Origin: Lingula anatina
Lineage: Eukaryota; Animalia; Brachiopoda
Assembly (NCBI GenBank): GCA_051362555.1
Contig: CM120642.1
Coordinates: 1,178,001 to 1,242,000, forward strand
Direction of reading: 5' to 3'
DNA: 64,000 nt
Position numbers and translations under genes: made by a program. Below, piece by piece: positions 1 to 13,121 of this stretch (position 1 is its first letter; each line of letters starts with the position of its first letter). The notes beneath the pieces are model-generated. The model searched no databases. It was not told where the DNA came from and worked only from the letters and a program-made list of their open reading frames with translations.

Positions 1-3000
1 GTGTTTTATTTTGGATTTAGAGAAATTGGATTCTGATCCATCATTGCCTACAAAATGGAAAATAAAATGTGTGGAATTGTATGAGATCATAATATCCGTC
101 AGGTCAATGAAAAATGCATTTAGAGACCAAAAAAAAAAAAAAGATATTGTACATCAGGACAAAATAGTCTTTGGCATTACCAGATGATATATGTAGATAG
201 TTATGTAGACTGCGGTCTGTTTTGAGCAGGGTCTTCTGAGAAATTGAAAATCACGGCTTATGCATGCAGATTCACATACACATGCACATGCATACACATA
301 CTTTCATACTCACACTATCATAAAAGTTTTGAAGTGCTTTAAACTTGTGGGAAAACCTGGATTGTTATGATTGTATAAAATTAATTATGTAGGCAATATG
401 TCACTGATTCCACAAAATACAACTTGACTAAACATTGTATTCAAGATTCAAACTAAAATTAAATATACGGTAGCAGAAGTAAAAATCATTGTTGAGTCAG
501 TTTTTTTCTTCCTCACACATTGATTTCTCCGTACAGCTGGTACAAGGAGAAAGACACATTCTCATGTATTACATAATATATTGATTGGACAAGACTGTAA
601 ACGAAATCCCCTGACATATATCAAATATGATTATTAGGCCAATTGACATCAAAGAAAAATTAAGAGTGTTTTTCTTACCTGAAAGCCACTTTCCTAATTT
701 CATTTTCTTTGGCAATGTAAGATGACGCAGTGGCAAAATTACAGGGGCAAATATAACTGTCTCTATGTCTGGATTTTCCTCTTTTATTTTTCAGGTACAT
801 AATTTTAAAAACATTAAAAATATTTTTCTGTGTAACATCTGTAGTGCTTTTTCTGTATACAGTAGAACTATAAGGTAGCCTGTTTATCAGTTTTGTTGCT
901 ATTACACAAAAGAAATGTTCTAACTTTTTTTGACTTGAATTTATGACTTGAAAAAATACAATATCTGTAAAATTCATAATTTTTCCTCATTGAAAAGATT
1001 GAGTTATATGATTTGTAGAGCATAAAGACATTAACAGACAATGAGGATGATTAGTACTGTTTCTTGGGTGGGGGGGGGGGGTGACACATTCATTTTTTAT
1101 TGTCAAATTAATTTGGCAAGCTCAGGAAATATGTTCAGACCCAATTTGACTTTGTAAGATGACCTAAAAGGGCTCAGACATCAACTAATTACGCCATCTC
1201 ATTTACTTTAGCCCAGTTGTTTTTATCTATCTCCAGATCAAACATGATGACTTGCCAAGTGCCAGCAGAAAGTAAATTCTTTCTGCTTTGATCACTGAAA
1301 TTAAAGTGATTGAAATATCAGGCCAAATGAATAGACTGTTGATCATGTTACATGTATATTGAGGCTGGTAGCCAGGGAGTTAATACTGAGTGGCATTTAT
1401 CCTCATTAGGGGATGGTGGTTATAGGCATCAAGAGACAGTTTGATTTGTTTTTCATGTGTTTCATAAATCCAGACATTTTTCAGTAATTGGACATAGCAT
1501 AAAGAATTTATTACCTAAGTTTTTTTGTTCATTCTTTTCTTGTTTGAGAATGAGTACTTGAATGGTAAAAGATGTTGTATTTTCCTGTGAACAGTGAATT
1601 AGGTTGTGTGATAATGAATGAAATAGAGTCTAGATTATATATTAAAAGGACCATAAAGGTATATTAGCAGAAATTATACCATTATTAAATTCCCTTATAT
1701 TCCTTAATTTGTTTAAGCTCTATAATACTAACAAGTCATTACAGGTGGTCAGATGAAAAAAAAATGATGCCCTTTTATTATTTGAAAGACCATATTCAGA
1801 TAATAATTTTTTTTTTTTTTTTGCTCCTTATGACTTAAGCCAAATAAATTACCATACAATTTATAAATTTGAACATTACTGATGAATTGATGCCCATACA
1901 TAGTGATATATAGGAAATCTGTTTACAAATATGTGGGAAAACACTAAATATATTAGTATACAGTTCTGTGGGGATTAAAGGATTCACGTCAAGGAAATCT
2001 GTATAAGGCCACTTGGAGTAAGGGGGGACAGCAGTAAATTTTTGAAGATCAAAGGTATGTGGTAGTAATAAAGGGAGCCCTGGATCTGTATGATGTATAC
2101 TTCTGCCTTAACTTAATCAGTATCTTGGACTAAGATATAGCTGATTATCATGTAGATGGAAAGGGATTAACCTTGATTGTATTGTGTCTGGGGGGAGAGA
2201 GGGGGGGAGACAGGGTGAATGACACCTTCAAGGTCAATTACAGTGAGTGGCAGTATGTTTGGCGTACTCTTGCCTAAGGTTATTGCCTTACTGGAAAACT
2301 CTGGATTGAAAATGAATTATCTAAAAAACAGATTTGCTCACATATTTGTTTGTATCTATGCATAAGTTAATTCACTTTGTCTACAAACAGAAAAGCTTAG
2401 AAGTAATGCTACAGGGGAATTACAAAGAAAACAGATGACAGACAGACTGACAGACATTTGAAAATGTAACCTCGACGTCAGCGAAAAGATGTGAAATACC
2501 TGAGGGAAATTGCACCGCAAACATAATGAACAAAATTGACAATTGTTGCCAGTTGAACGTAAGAACAGCTAAATCATGATTCTGATGATTTACATCAGCT
2601 GAGTAGGAGCAACAGATTATTATCTATAGACCATTTGTTGAAATTGATAACTCTAGACATATAAATTATACCTTCTTCATGAACAGAAAGGCAACTTATT
2701 TATTTTGAATGAAGAAATACTATCGAAAACACAATAAATTATTGTACAGTGATTTATTGCAATCTGTTATTTGAAATACTCTGCTCATTTCAGCCAACTG
2801 AATTTTTGTCTATGTGAAATATTTGCTGAAACAAACTATATCTTTGGTTGGCAGTGCCGCAAAGTCATATTTGGAGATGGGAAATAGTGATATGCGGGGA
2901 AAACAATACCTCCTGTTGTGACTGTTTGAGGGAGAAAGTAGTTTAAATGACATCGTCTGATAGATGATAGACCTCCTGAGGATTAGCTCTCTAATTGTGA

Positions 3001-3622
3001 TGTAATTGGGCTAGAACGGAGGTGATTTGTCAGCCTTCTTTTAATCAAGTGTCACAGATAATCAATTTCTTGCCTTGGTCAAGAAGAACTTATTGGACTT
3101 CCAACATGCAGAGTGGTGATTGAGAGTTATGATTTTGTTATCATACTTTATTGATATCTGACTTTGATTGGGTTCTGTCTTTTTGGAGCTTGGTGTAATG
3201 TGGAGAAGTGTATTTTTCTTTTTATGTGCTGTAAGGCCTGTTTCCATTAGGAATAGACTGGTCTAACTTAAAAGTAAAAAATTAATTATCAATTATTAAT
3301 GATGCTATCATGGTTGGAAGTTTTCAGGGTTACGCCTGACTTCAGGATGTTCTGTATATTCATTTTGATTTTTTTAAAGCTTTTGGTCTAAATGCATTCA
3401 GATATTGCCAGTTACTTTTTCAGGATTTTCAGTTTTTACAATTTTCACATACGTGTTATATGACATTTCCTTGAAGTAACACATTCTAAAATACTAATTT
3501 AGAAGAAGAATTTTTATGTAAACAAATATGCCACTGAAATGGTGATTAAGTACATTGCAAATGGAAATTAATGAAAAAGAAAGTAATAAACAAAGATAAT
3601 ACTGTATATATTATATTTTCAG

Positions 3623-6600
3623 GATCAGTTATATTATGAGCAGCTGAAGTCTTATGTGGTGCAGCATGATCTCCTGGTAGATAGTCTCATTTATAAGGTG
3701 AGCTGGACTCGGGGATCTTTTTTTTTTTAGATCCATCCAGATCTATAATAATAACTGGAAGGGGGGTCTGGACCCCACACCATGTATTTTTTCACAAAAT
3801 GGCAGTCTCATCACTGCTTAATACGCAGCCTGATTTTTTAAAAAAATGTTTATCATTTTGTCAAAAAGGACCCAAAACAACATATTAGAAGATAACAAAC
3901 AGTCTACCACAATCACACAGAATATATTCCATAGAATACAGCCATGACAGTTCTGCTGAAGAATTAATGACTGTCGTTATTATATTTGACATTTGATCAT
4001 CTGATTATCACAGTCAGCAACCAAGTAATTAAGTTCTCGACATCACAGATTCCGGTGAAGTCATAAAAATCAGGACTGACCTTGATCCTGACCTTGACCC
4101 TGACCTTGACCTTTTCACCGAAATGACCAGACTCTGTCACATCGGTCTTATATCAGTGAAGACCATTATCGTAATAAGTGCTTGACATTCTCACACACAT
4201 TAATCATGGGTATTTTGTTCCATCTGGGAGTAAAGAGGATGACTAAAAATCTCAGATAAAAAAACTCAACAACAGAATGATTAATTGCCTTGACCTGTGA
4301 TTTAATTCCCAGTGCAGACTTTATGGAATAATTTGTAATTACTGTTGTTTAAGCTCATTAACTCAGGGGAGAGAGGGGTGTTTGGGAGACAGCAATCACA
4401 GCGATATTAAGAATAAAGTGCATTAATTATGAGATGCATTCAATTTAATTTTTAAGTGTCATTCATTTTCATGTTCTTTCCTGTATACTAGAAGTACATT
4501 CATATCATAATAATATGATGTTAAATGTAATATTCAATATTGGCAGGGAAATTGGTAGCGGTGAGTAAAGAAAATATTAAAATATATAATAAACTTCTTA
4601 AAGAGTATTTAATTTTTTTTCATTTCACTGTTATTAATCATATACATATATTTAAATGTCTGTCTTCTGATAAACTGTCACAGTAGTTCTTTTCTTTTTT
4701 ATATCCAGGATGTTAAACTGACGGCTACAAATGATGACCAGTATTTTGTGTTTGAAGACTACATTTATCAGGTAAGATTGATTTTTTAAATTACTGTACA
4801 TGTATATTGCTTTACTAAGAGTGCCTTCCCAGTCCCAAATAGATGATCTTTTTGGTTGTGAAACATTTTCAGTGTCCTTTAGAATTTTTAGATAAGTTAA
4901 TTAACCTTGGAGTAGTTCATTATTGTTTTGTTTGCAGAAGCACTTGGGGCAATACAGGGACTTTAAAGAAAGAAAAATAATCTTCATGTTGCAGACAGAG
5001 AGTCTAACAATTTAATGAGTTCTCCAAAAATATTTTACTTTGGTGATTATGGAATTTCTTTACCACTTTATTGTGTCATCATGGTACAAATTATTTATTG
5101 ATTTAATAATTTGTAGCACTGATTAAAGTTGATTACATCCAGTATATTGTGTGTGTGCGTGCGTGAATGTGTGTGTGTGTGTGTGTGTGTGGATGTGTGT
5201 GTGTTGTTAATCATGTGTTTACTTAAATAATATATATTAATTTCTGGCCATTTTGTCATAAACTATCCAACTAAATACAGCATTACACAGGCATTGCTTC
5301 TCATTACCTGAGATAATTTTCTGAACTATCAAAATATCTTAAGTATTTTCCTGTTTTTCTGCTCAGTATTAGTACATGTCCACTCAGGGCATCATCTCAT
5401 CTTTTTTTAGTAAGTCAGATTATTTCTGATTGACTCGATCTGTAGTGTTATCTGGGAAATTGTTCCATTTGAAAATGTGACTTTTTGATTTATTGTTATA
5501 TTGGTATCAAATCAATTATGTCTTGAAAATTGCTTCTGCGAAATCGGGCGGTATTATTGTAGGATGATAAGCACTGGTGATGATACTCAGTATATAACCC
5601 CTGAAGTAATTATTGCTGGTCCAGAAAAATTTCAACCATTAAAATTGTCTCCATATTGAAATTCCCAGTTAATTCATTTATAATATTATTATTATCATCA
5701 TTCATTTGTATATTTGTTTGAAATTCTGATTTGTCAATTACAATACATGTCTAGTTATTTATTTTTCATTATGTCAGTTTTTGTTTGTTTGTTCTTCTGT
5801 TTATGTGTGTAAGTGTGTGTTAGAAAATGCATCTGAAGGCCAAAATGCACCATAACAACATTATATATATAATATATCATTTATCCCCCAGGTTTTATTC
5901 CCCTTTTCCCGAGATACCCAAGTCTTGGACCACTTTAAACACAGCAGTGCCAACCCCCCGAAGTCCTACATCCGCGGCAAGCTAGGTGTGGAGGAGTTTG
6001 CAGTTCACTATCCTCCCAATGGTGTTATTCCATTCCACGGGTTTGCTATGTATGGTGAGTTTCTGGTCCACTGCAGTCTCAGAGATCACTGGGGACTAGC
6101 CTCTATTCTCAGAAGATAGGTGTCAGCAGTGTCAGTGATCACTGTGGACTAGTCTCTATTCTCAGAAGATAGGTGTCAGCAGTGTCAGTGATCACTGTGG
6201 ACTAGCCTCTATTCTCAGAAGATAGGTGTCAGCAGTGTCAGTGATCACTGTGGACTAGCCTCTATTCTCAGAAGATAGGTGTCAGCAGTGTCAGTGATCA
6301 CTGTGGACTAGCCTCTATTCTCAGAAGATAGGTGTCAGCACTGGTGAAACTAATCCCAAACATGTCCACTTTGGCTTGTGCTGAATTTCTTCACTGTAGT
6401 TTGTCCCAAGGGAGCCAGACTGACATTTTGATATATATAGTCTGGCGTTTTCAGACCACCCTGTGTTTCAGAGATCTCTGGAAATTCACCTCAGTCTATA
6501 TCAGCCTGACTCTACTGTTGCCAATAACACCCACTGCACTGTACATCATATCCCTCATGAAAAAGTCCTACTGGATCTCTACTATAGGATTCTATAGGAA

Positions 6601-9179
6601 ATTAGCCCAATTTCCTATAGGATCCTATAGGATCTTATAGGATACTCTAAGAATTTTTCGTTAAGGATGTACAAATGACAATAAAAATTGGACACAAATA
6701 TACCAGAGGTTGTTTGCACTGTTTACTACACCACAATAAAACTTTTGTTTTTTAAAGATAAGCTTTTTTAGTTTACTTTGTATAAATAATTTGTATACCA
6801 TATGCCCAATTAACACATTTTTCAAATTTTATGAAGAATATCCTTACTCATGATCGACAGAGAGTGCAGTGCAGTGCAATAAATGTCACCACTGTGGACA
6901 AAGTTGATCACAAAAATGTAGAATGATTTTGCAGCTTTCCTAACATCTCTCCATATAAAAGAATGTCCAGTTTTGTCTTGTATTCCAGTGGCTCCTCTGT
7001 GCTACATCTATGATGATCCAGTAGTCCTGTACTACGTATTCAGAGAGCTCTACATGAGGTATTTCTTCAGGCTTCACCAGATCTCCTCTCATCCTCAGGT
7101 AGGTTATCTTTAACGGTACACTAAACACATTTGTTCCCAAAGTCATGCTTCTTTCTGCATATCTTGCGTTATTTATAGCACAGTAATTTGTAAACTTCAG
7201 CTTAAGGAACAACAATGATAATTTGGTTGGAATTTACTTTCATAAAAGTAGTGCAACAGATTTTTTTATATTTTGGCTTGAAAAATCTGGTCAAGTATTG
7301 TGAATATATCTTTGTCTTTCCAGAGTATTGTGTCTTTGTGTCTTCTGTTTGAATCTCTACTGCAATCACAAGAACCTCAGTTATTTCTGCATTTAAAGAC
7401 CATACAGGCTCAGCCGTAAGTATATCTGGATTTTTTTTTTAAAGAAAACCATTACAAAAAGATTAATCACTTTTTACCCATGAGTAAAACTTGTATGATT
7501 TTATAAGTTGTAATATTTCTTTTCTAGGCTGAGAATTGCATTTAAGTGGTTAATACGAGCATTCTCAGGTTACCTTGATAGTGAACAGGTCTTGCTGCTA
7601 TGGGACAGAGTACTAGCTTACAACTCGCTGGAGATACTGGCAGGTAAGTCTGGGACAGAATACTAACTTACAACTCACTGGAGATAATGGCAGGTAAGTC
7701 TGGGACAGAATACTAACTTACAACTCACTGGAGATAATGGCAGGTAAGTCTGGGACAGAATACTAACTTACAACTCACTGGAGATAATGGCAGGTAAGTC
7801 TGGGACAGAATACTAACTTACAACTCACTGGAGAAAATGGCAGGTAAATCTGGGACAGAATACTAACTTACAACTCACTCGAGATAATGGCAGGTAAGTC
7901 TGGGACAGAATACTAACTTACAACTCACTGGAGATAATGGCAGGTAAGTCTGGGACAGAATACTAACTTACAACTCACTGGAGATAATGGCAGGTAAGTC
8001 TGGGACAGAATACTAACTTACAACTCACTGGAGATAATGGCAGGTAAATCTGGGACAGAATACTAACTTACAACTCACTGGAGATAATGGCAGGTAAGCC
8101 TGGGACAGAATACTTACTTAAAACTCACTCGAGATACTGGCAAGTAAGTTCTGGGACAGAATACTAGCTTACAACTCACTGGAGATAATGGCAGGTAAGT
8201 CTGGGACAGAATACTAGCTTACAACTCACTGGAGATAATGGCAGGTAAGTCTGGGACAGAATACTAACTTACAACTCACTGGAGATAATGGAAGGTAAGT
8301 CTGGGACAGAATACTAACTTAAAACTCACTGGAGATACTGGCAAGTAAGTTCTGGGACAGAATACTAGCTTACAACTCACTGGTGATAATGGCAGGTAAG
8401 TCTGGGACAGAATACTAGCTTACAACTCACTGGTGATACTGGCAGGTAAGTCTGGGACAGAATACTAACTTACAACTCACTGGAGATAATGGCAGGTAAG
8501 TCTGGGACAGAATACTAGCTTACAACTCACTGGAGATACTGGCAGGTAAGTCTGGGACAGAATACTAGCTTACAACTCACTGGAGATAATGGCAGGTAAG
8601 TCTGGGACAGAATACTAACTTAAAACTCACAGGTAATATTCTATGTAATATTATAATAAATCTAATGTTCGAATTTTTATGGGCAGCTTTTTCTTCTGCA
8701 ACAGATAATGGAATCAAATAAAAAATATATTTTATTTAATGTTTCCTCTTTCAGTGTTAGCTGTGGCAATTTTTTCATTTAGGAAGACCAATCTCCTACA
8801 GGTTGGAACAGCTTCTGCAGCAGAGGTGGGTCTTTAGATAACCGTGGCTATTTTTTAATATTTAACACATCAGTATTTATAAAATAATCTGATATCTGAT
8901 ACATGCAAATGTTTAATTATCATTGAAACTCTTTAAAGCTCAAAAAGCTTGAAAAATTTCATTCATATATGATTTATGTTAATATATATTCTCTTATAAC
9001 TTTGAGATTACTTTTTCTTGTTGTGTTAATTTTATAAGCACTTTTTTATTTATCTCAGTGCGCTGAGTAACTTTAATTTCTTCAATTAAAGAAAATTATT
9101 TGTATTTCAGGGTGTATTAGCAGACATCACAACTCTAAAAGTTGTTCCACTGATACAGCTCAGCCTCTTCTCAACATGA
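3623..9179 (+). CDS. TBC1D19: TBC1 domain family member 19, 3' portion (8 exons; upstream exons not located)
   Basis: Phase-consistent GT-AG exons 3623-3697, 4709-4771, 5892-6054, 6989-7098, 7324-7415, 7528-7643, 8755-8825, 9111-9179. They translate to DQLYYEQLKSYVVQHDLLVDSLIYK/DVKLTATNDDQYFVFEDYIYQ/...YPPNGVIPFHGFAMY/VAPLCYIYDDP.../LRIAFKWLIRAFSGYL...LLLWDRVLAYNSLEILA/.../GVLADITTLKVVPLIQLSLFST*, matching the TBC1D19 C-terminus as I recall it. Confidence 0.92.
4077..4112. repeat. Six tandem TGACCT-like hexamers
   Basis: TGACCT TGATCC TGACCT TGACCC TGACCT TGACCT read directly, in a TBC1D19 intron. Confidence 0.7.
6084..6340. repeat. 53-bp minisatellite, about 4.8 copies, intronic
   Basis: Unit tgtcagcagtgtcagtgatcactgtggactagcctctattctcagaagatagg repeated almost perfectly just after the donor at 6055. 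Confidence 0.95.
7601..8630 (+). repeat. 50-bp minisatellite, about 20 copies, made of a TBC1D19 exon end plus its splice donor
   Basis: Unit tgggacagaatactaacttacaactcactggagataatggcag|gtaagtc. The first copy (7601-7650) is the real exon end (WDRVLAYNSLEILA) and its donor. Confidence 0.97.
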
Positions 9180-10295
9180 AACTGAACCAAAGAAAGTTGA
9201 AAGTGAAAGTTCAGAGTGACATGTAATATAAAAACAGAGGCTGCAGTAGCTTTCTCTGTGCTTTGTGCAGTGCCATTAATGAAAGAAAATGATAAAAATA
9301 GATAACATCTTAAACATCCACTTATGTTTTATTGTAATGTGCAGTGGAAATGACATACTTATTAATTTTTTAAAAAAGACTTGTTCTTTTATTGTATTTA
9401 ATGGCAGTGTCTGGACTGTGCAAACAATAACAGGGACTGGTTCTATAACTGGTGAGGGTTTCCACCAGATATTTGGACCATGCACGCTTTCGAATGAAAT
9501 TTAGACTGAGGAAGGAAAAGCTATTGTGTATGAAACTCATCTTTCAATCATTTTTCATTTTATTGTCAAATTTGTAAGAGTGGTGTAAGTTTCGGCACCA
9601 ATAAACTCAACGAATTCATTTTCACTATGATCATCTTTAAAAGTAAAAAAAAAATAATAAAGAGAACTCTGTACAGCTAATTTAGTACGGATATAATCTT
9701 TTCAATTAATATATACCTGTTAACAAAATGAGAGCTAACTTTGATATTCTCCAAAGAGGACTACAACTAAGAGAAACCTAAATCTCACAAAAAGGTGTTG
9801 CAGATAACATCTAATCAATAATAAGATGATGAATATCATCCTCTGTAAACCAGAACTTACACTGGTCATTTCTTTGCAAGTTTTTGAGTCTTATAAATGG
9901 AACTATCTGCACAGAAAGATTTAACAAATATTGATCAATCTTCCAATTAAAAATAAAGTTCTGCTCCTAATATGAACCCAACATCGACATTTTCTTTATC
10001 TATAAAATGACAGTGCATATCTGTGACATCAAAACAAGCACCAATCACCTCTATAAGGGTTCATTCCCAACGAAGCTATTGTTCTATGTTGACTGATCCA
10101 ACACTGCAGGGACTCACTGAATTCAATCAGATTAACAAGCCTCCTCATTTCCAACTTGCTCATATCATCACCAGCTTTTCTGGACTCTACTTAATACCAG
10201 AAGGTGTGTAAATCTGATTGCACTCAGCAAGAGTCCCTGCAAAGTTAGATCTTAGGCTATCAATGTAACAGTCTCATAGGGAGCGATCCTGGAGA

Positions 10296-10310
10296 GTGCC
10301 CCCTGGTGGC
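10296..10310 (-). promoter_or_regulatory. Candidate CTCF binding site
   Basis: Minus strand reads GCCACCAGGGGGCAC, close to the CTCF core consensus, in AT-rich DNA between two convergent genes. Confidence 0.5.
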
Positions 10311-12050
10311 AGCAAGGAGATACTTGTTGACATTAGGAAATGTCACTTTTGCTACTCTCATATCCACTGTGACAAGGTTTTACGAACAAGATTTCATTTA
10401 ACCCTAATTAAATACAAAAAAAAAAACATTTTACCCTTTAAAATACGAAATTTTAATCAAGCAGCCCAACAAATTGGTGGCCTTTCTCTGCAGGTTTAAA
10501 ATTTGCTTGCAAAAGTTTGCAGAAAAAGATTTTAAATTTGTCACACTGTCATGCTGTCTGTCATGCCTGCATTGCAAAAAAACTACAGTAATGACTTGAT
10601 CTTTTGCAATGGACAAAAATGATCAAACTTTCAGATATATAATTTTATAGTCACAAACATAATATTTCTAGACAGCATTTGTGGTGTTTTTTATTGCACA
10701 GTAGCATGCTTTTTAATTTTGTTGCTACCACTCAATAGGGATGTTTTTATTTTGAGAAATTTCAGCTTAAAAAAAAACAGTATTCTGTAAAGTTCACAAC
10801 ATCCTTCCATTGAAAAAATCATGTAATTACCACAAATCATCATAAATAACTGACACATAAACAGACATACATTACTGAATGGCTTGTATGAGCCTTGCTT
10901 TTAGTTCCTGCAGAACTTGTGCATTTCGTTATACTGTGGGCATTGCCTCAGCTCAAAAAGTAAAAATTAATAAAAATCTATCTAAAGATGATTGCCTGTT
11001 GACAAAATATACATTTAAATACCATATGATGTATCCCACATTATTTGAACTAAAATGCTAAAAATACAGCATTTCAATTCACATTGCAATGACAATAAAC
11101 ACGCAGGCACACACACACACACACACATGCACACTAACGTACACACTATAACATCATGTATCTAATTAGCTGTCAGTCATAAAACATCAGATCACAAAAA
11201 AATGGCATCACATCAAGATTGCAAATATTATCCCACTTTAATAATGGCATCAAATGCCTATAACACATTTTGCTAAAGGTTTGTGTCCTTTGCAGTATTT
11301 CATCATAATAAAGTAAACTAAAAAAGATGTGTGTCCCGTGGACATCCCCAACCCCCTCAAAAAAATAAAAAGACAAAAATATATATCACTTTATATATCC
11401 CACATTATCTGAACTAAATACTGTAGAAAAAGCATTTCAGTTCACATTGCAATGAGCAGTGAATAACAAAAATTATGCACCTGCACACATAACTGAATCC
11501 TACAAAGTTTCAGTCACCTGTAGTATCACATTAGGAGTAAATAATTATTATCCCACTTCACTTGGTGTTTTGTTTTGTTTTGTTTTGTTTTGTTTTGTTT
11601 TAATGACAGTGAAAGGCACATTTTCTCCTTTTTTGGACAAAGGGTGAGCCAAACTGCTTCCTAGATTCAATAGCTTTTGTAATACCTTTTTTTTTAAACA
11701 CATCAATGAAATACGATTTTCTGTCATCATTTTTGGTCATCTGTTGTATAGTGGATAGGATATCTAAAATTTCTTCACAATTTTTTTATGAAAATGAAAA
11801 TGTCAGGATAAATTATTCTAAAGGGAAAAATAGTACTCATTTCAATTTCAACTGAATACTGGTGTCCTAATATTAATAAGTTGAATAAACTTTTTGTTTC
11901 TGTTTCCCATTTTAGTAATCTCCTTGTTCTCTGCAGTCTGGAGTACTCTCTAATTTCAAATTCTTTGCACCAAGTCAACAAAGAACTTGACAAGAAGTTT
12001 GACTGGTCACAAATAGTTCAGCCATCACAGTAATGAACATTTAGTATGAG

Positions 12051-13101
12051 GACATTAAGAACAAGTTGATCCATAGACTAAATATGGCTGACCCCACTTA
12101 AAAGCAGTGCCACTCAATCCCCTGATGGTCTCCCCACCTCCATGTGCACAGATGCTGCAGGTTTACATAATCTGTTTAATGGCACGTCATGTGGAGACCA
12201 TCAGGACATTAAAAGGATAATAACTCTTTGTTTTGGCCAAAATTTTAATTTTCCTGGAGTAAACAACAATTTTCCCATACTTACAAATGGTTAATGAATT
12301 CAATTCTATCAAAGTTAGTCCCAGGTTTTTTTCTAAAAAGTTTGGTTTTTTGTAATAATCTCTTAAGAGATTATAACTGAGCACAGCCATCAATGGAGGT
12401 CACGTGATCTGAAGACAAGCTCAGATATCAAAATAATAGCTATAACTGACGTTTTTGTGGTAAAACAGAATATATTATATTTCTATGAGTTGTTCACAAT
12501 GTTTTTATTGTGATATATAGATCCCATACTAAGATATATTTTCTTTTTTAGTGGCACTGCTCTTAAGTGGGGTCAGCCGTATTTAGTCTGTACCCTCTAC
12601 CAGAGCAACTGATAGATTTTTTGACAGATATTCACAGATAAGTCTCTAGCTAGATAGATGGTCATTTTGGTCTGAAGTCACCCTGTTGAGAAATCCCATG
12701 TGGAAACAATTATCTCTGCACGCGAACCAAAGGCTTTGTACTTGCTCTGCATGAGCTGAGCTTCACAACGATGTTATAACTGCTCGTTACACAACCAGTC
12801 TAAGGCTTTTTTATCTGTCACAGAAGAGCAAGTGATTAAAGTCAGAGCAATTAACTGTCTTGATTGCTGTCACACAGACTTTGACTGGACCTGCTAAGTG
12901 GCAGTGCCTGAGCAATTATGCAAACAATTACCAGCCATGTAATCAGCTTTGAGATTTCTTAACAGGGTGACTTCAGACCAAAATGACCATCTATCTAGCT
13001 AGAGACATATCTGTGAATATCTGTGAAAAATCTATCAGTCGCCCTGGTAGAGGGTATTTAGTCTGCGGGTCAGTTACTCCGTGGATCCTCTGTTCTGAAT
13101 A
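12051..13101. mobile_element. Degenerate palindromic MITE (family also at 14751-15037 and 34018-34217), interrupted by a nested element
   Basis: agactaaatatggctgaccccacttaaaagcagtgccact (about 12076-12115) is the near reverse complement of agtggcactgctcttaagtggggtcagccgtatttagtct (about 12550-12589). The right end resumes after the nested insert and ends in gttctgaat. Confidence 0.65.
12591..13056. mobile_element. Non-autonomous DNA transposon with about 105-bp TIRs and a 9-bp TSD (Mutator-like architecture)
   Basis: TIRs taccctctaccag...gtcaccctgttgagaaatc (12591-about 12695) and gatttcttaacagggtgac...ctggtagagggta (about 12952-13056). Direct repeat tttagtctg at 12582-12590 and 13057-13065. 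Confidence 0.85.
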
Positions 13102-13121
13102 CACTATGTATTGCCAACATA

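Noticed and set aside
675-3247. Short ORFs (675-977, 3062-3247) and the other 60-100-aa ORFs in AT-rich regions
   Set aside because: No recognisable motifs or splice support, and the lengths are expected by chance. No tRNA or rRNA gene was recognised anywhere in the window.
7601-8630. CRISPR-like appearance of the regular 50-bp array
   Set aside because: There are no unique spacers and no cas genes, the context is a eukaryotic intron, and the unit derives from the adjacent exon end.
11030-11455. Local duplication of about 60 bp (tcccacattat.tgaactaaa...ttcacattgcaatga); a similar case at about 51600 and 51788
   Set aside because: Old, degenerate local duplications with no TIR, TSD or coding signal.
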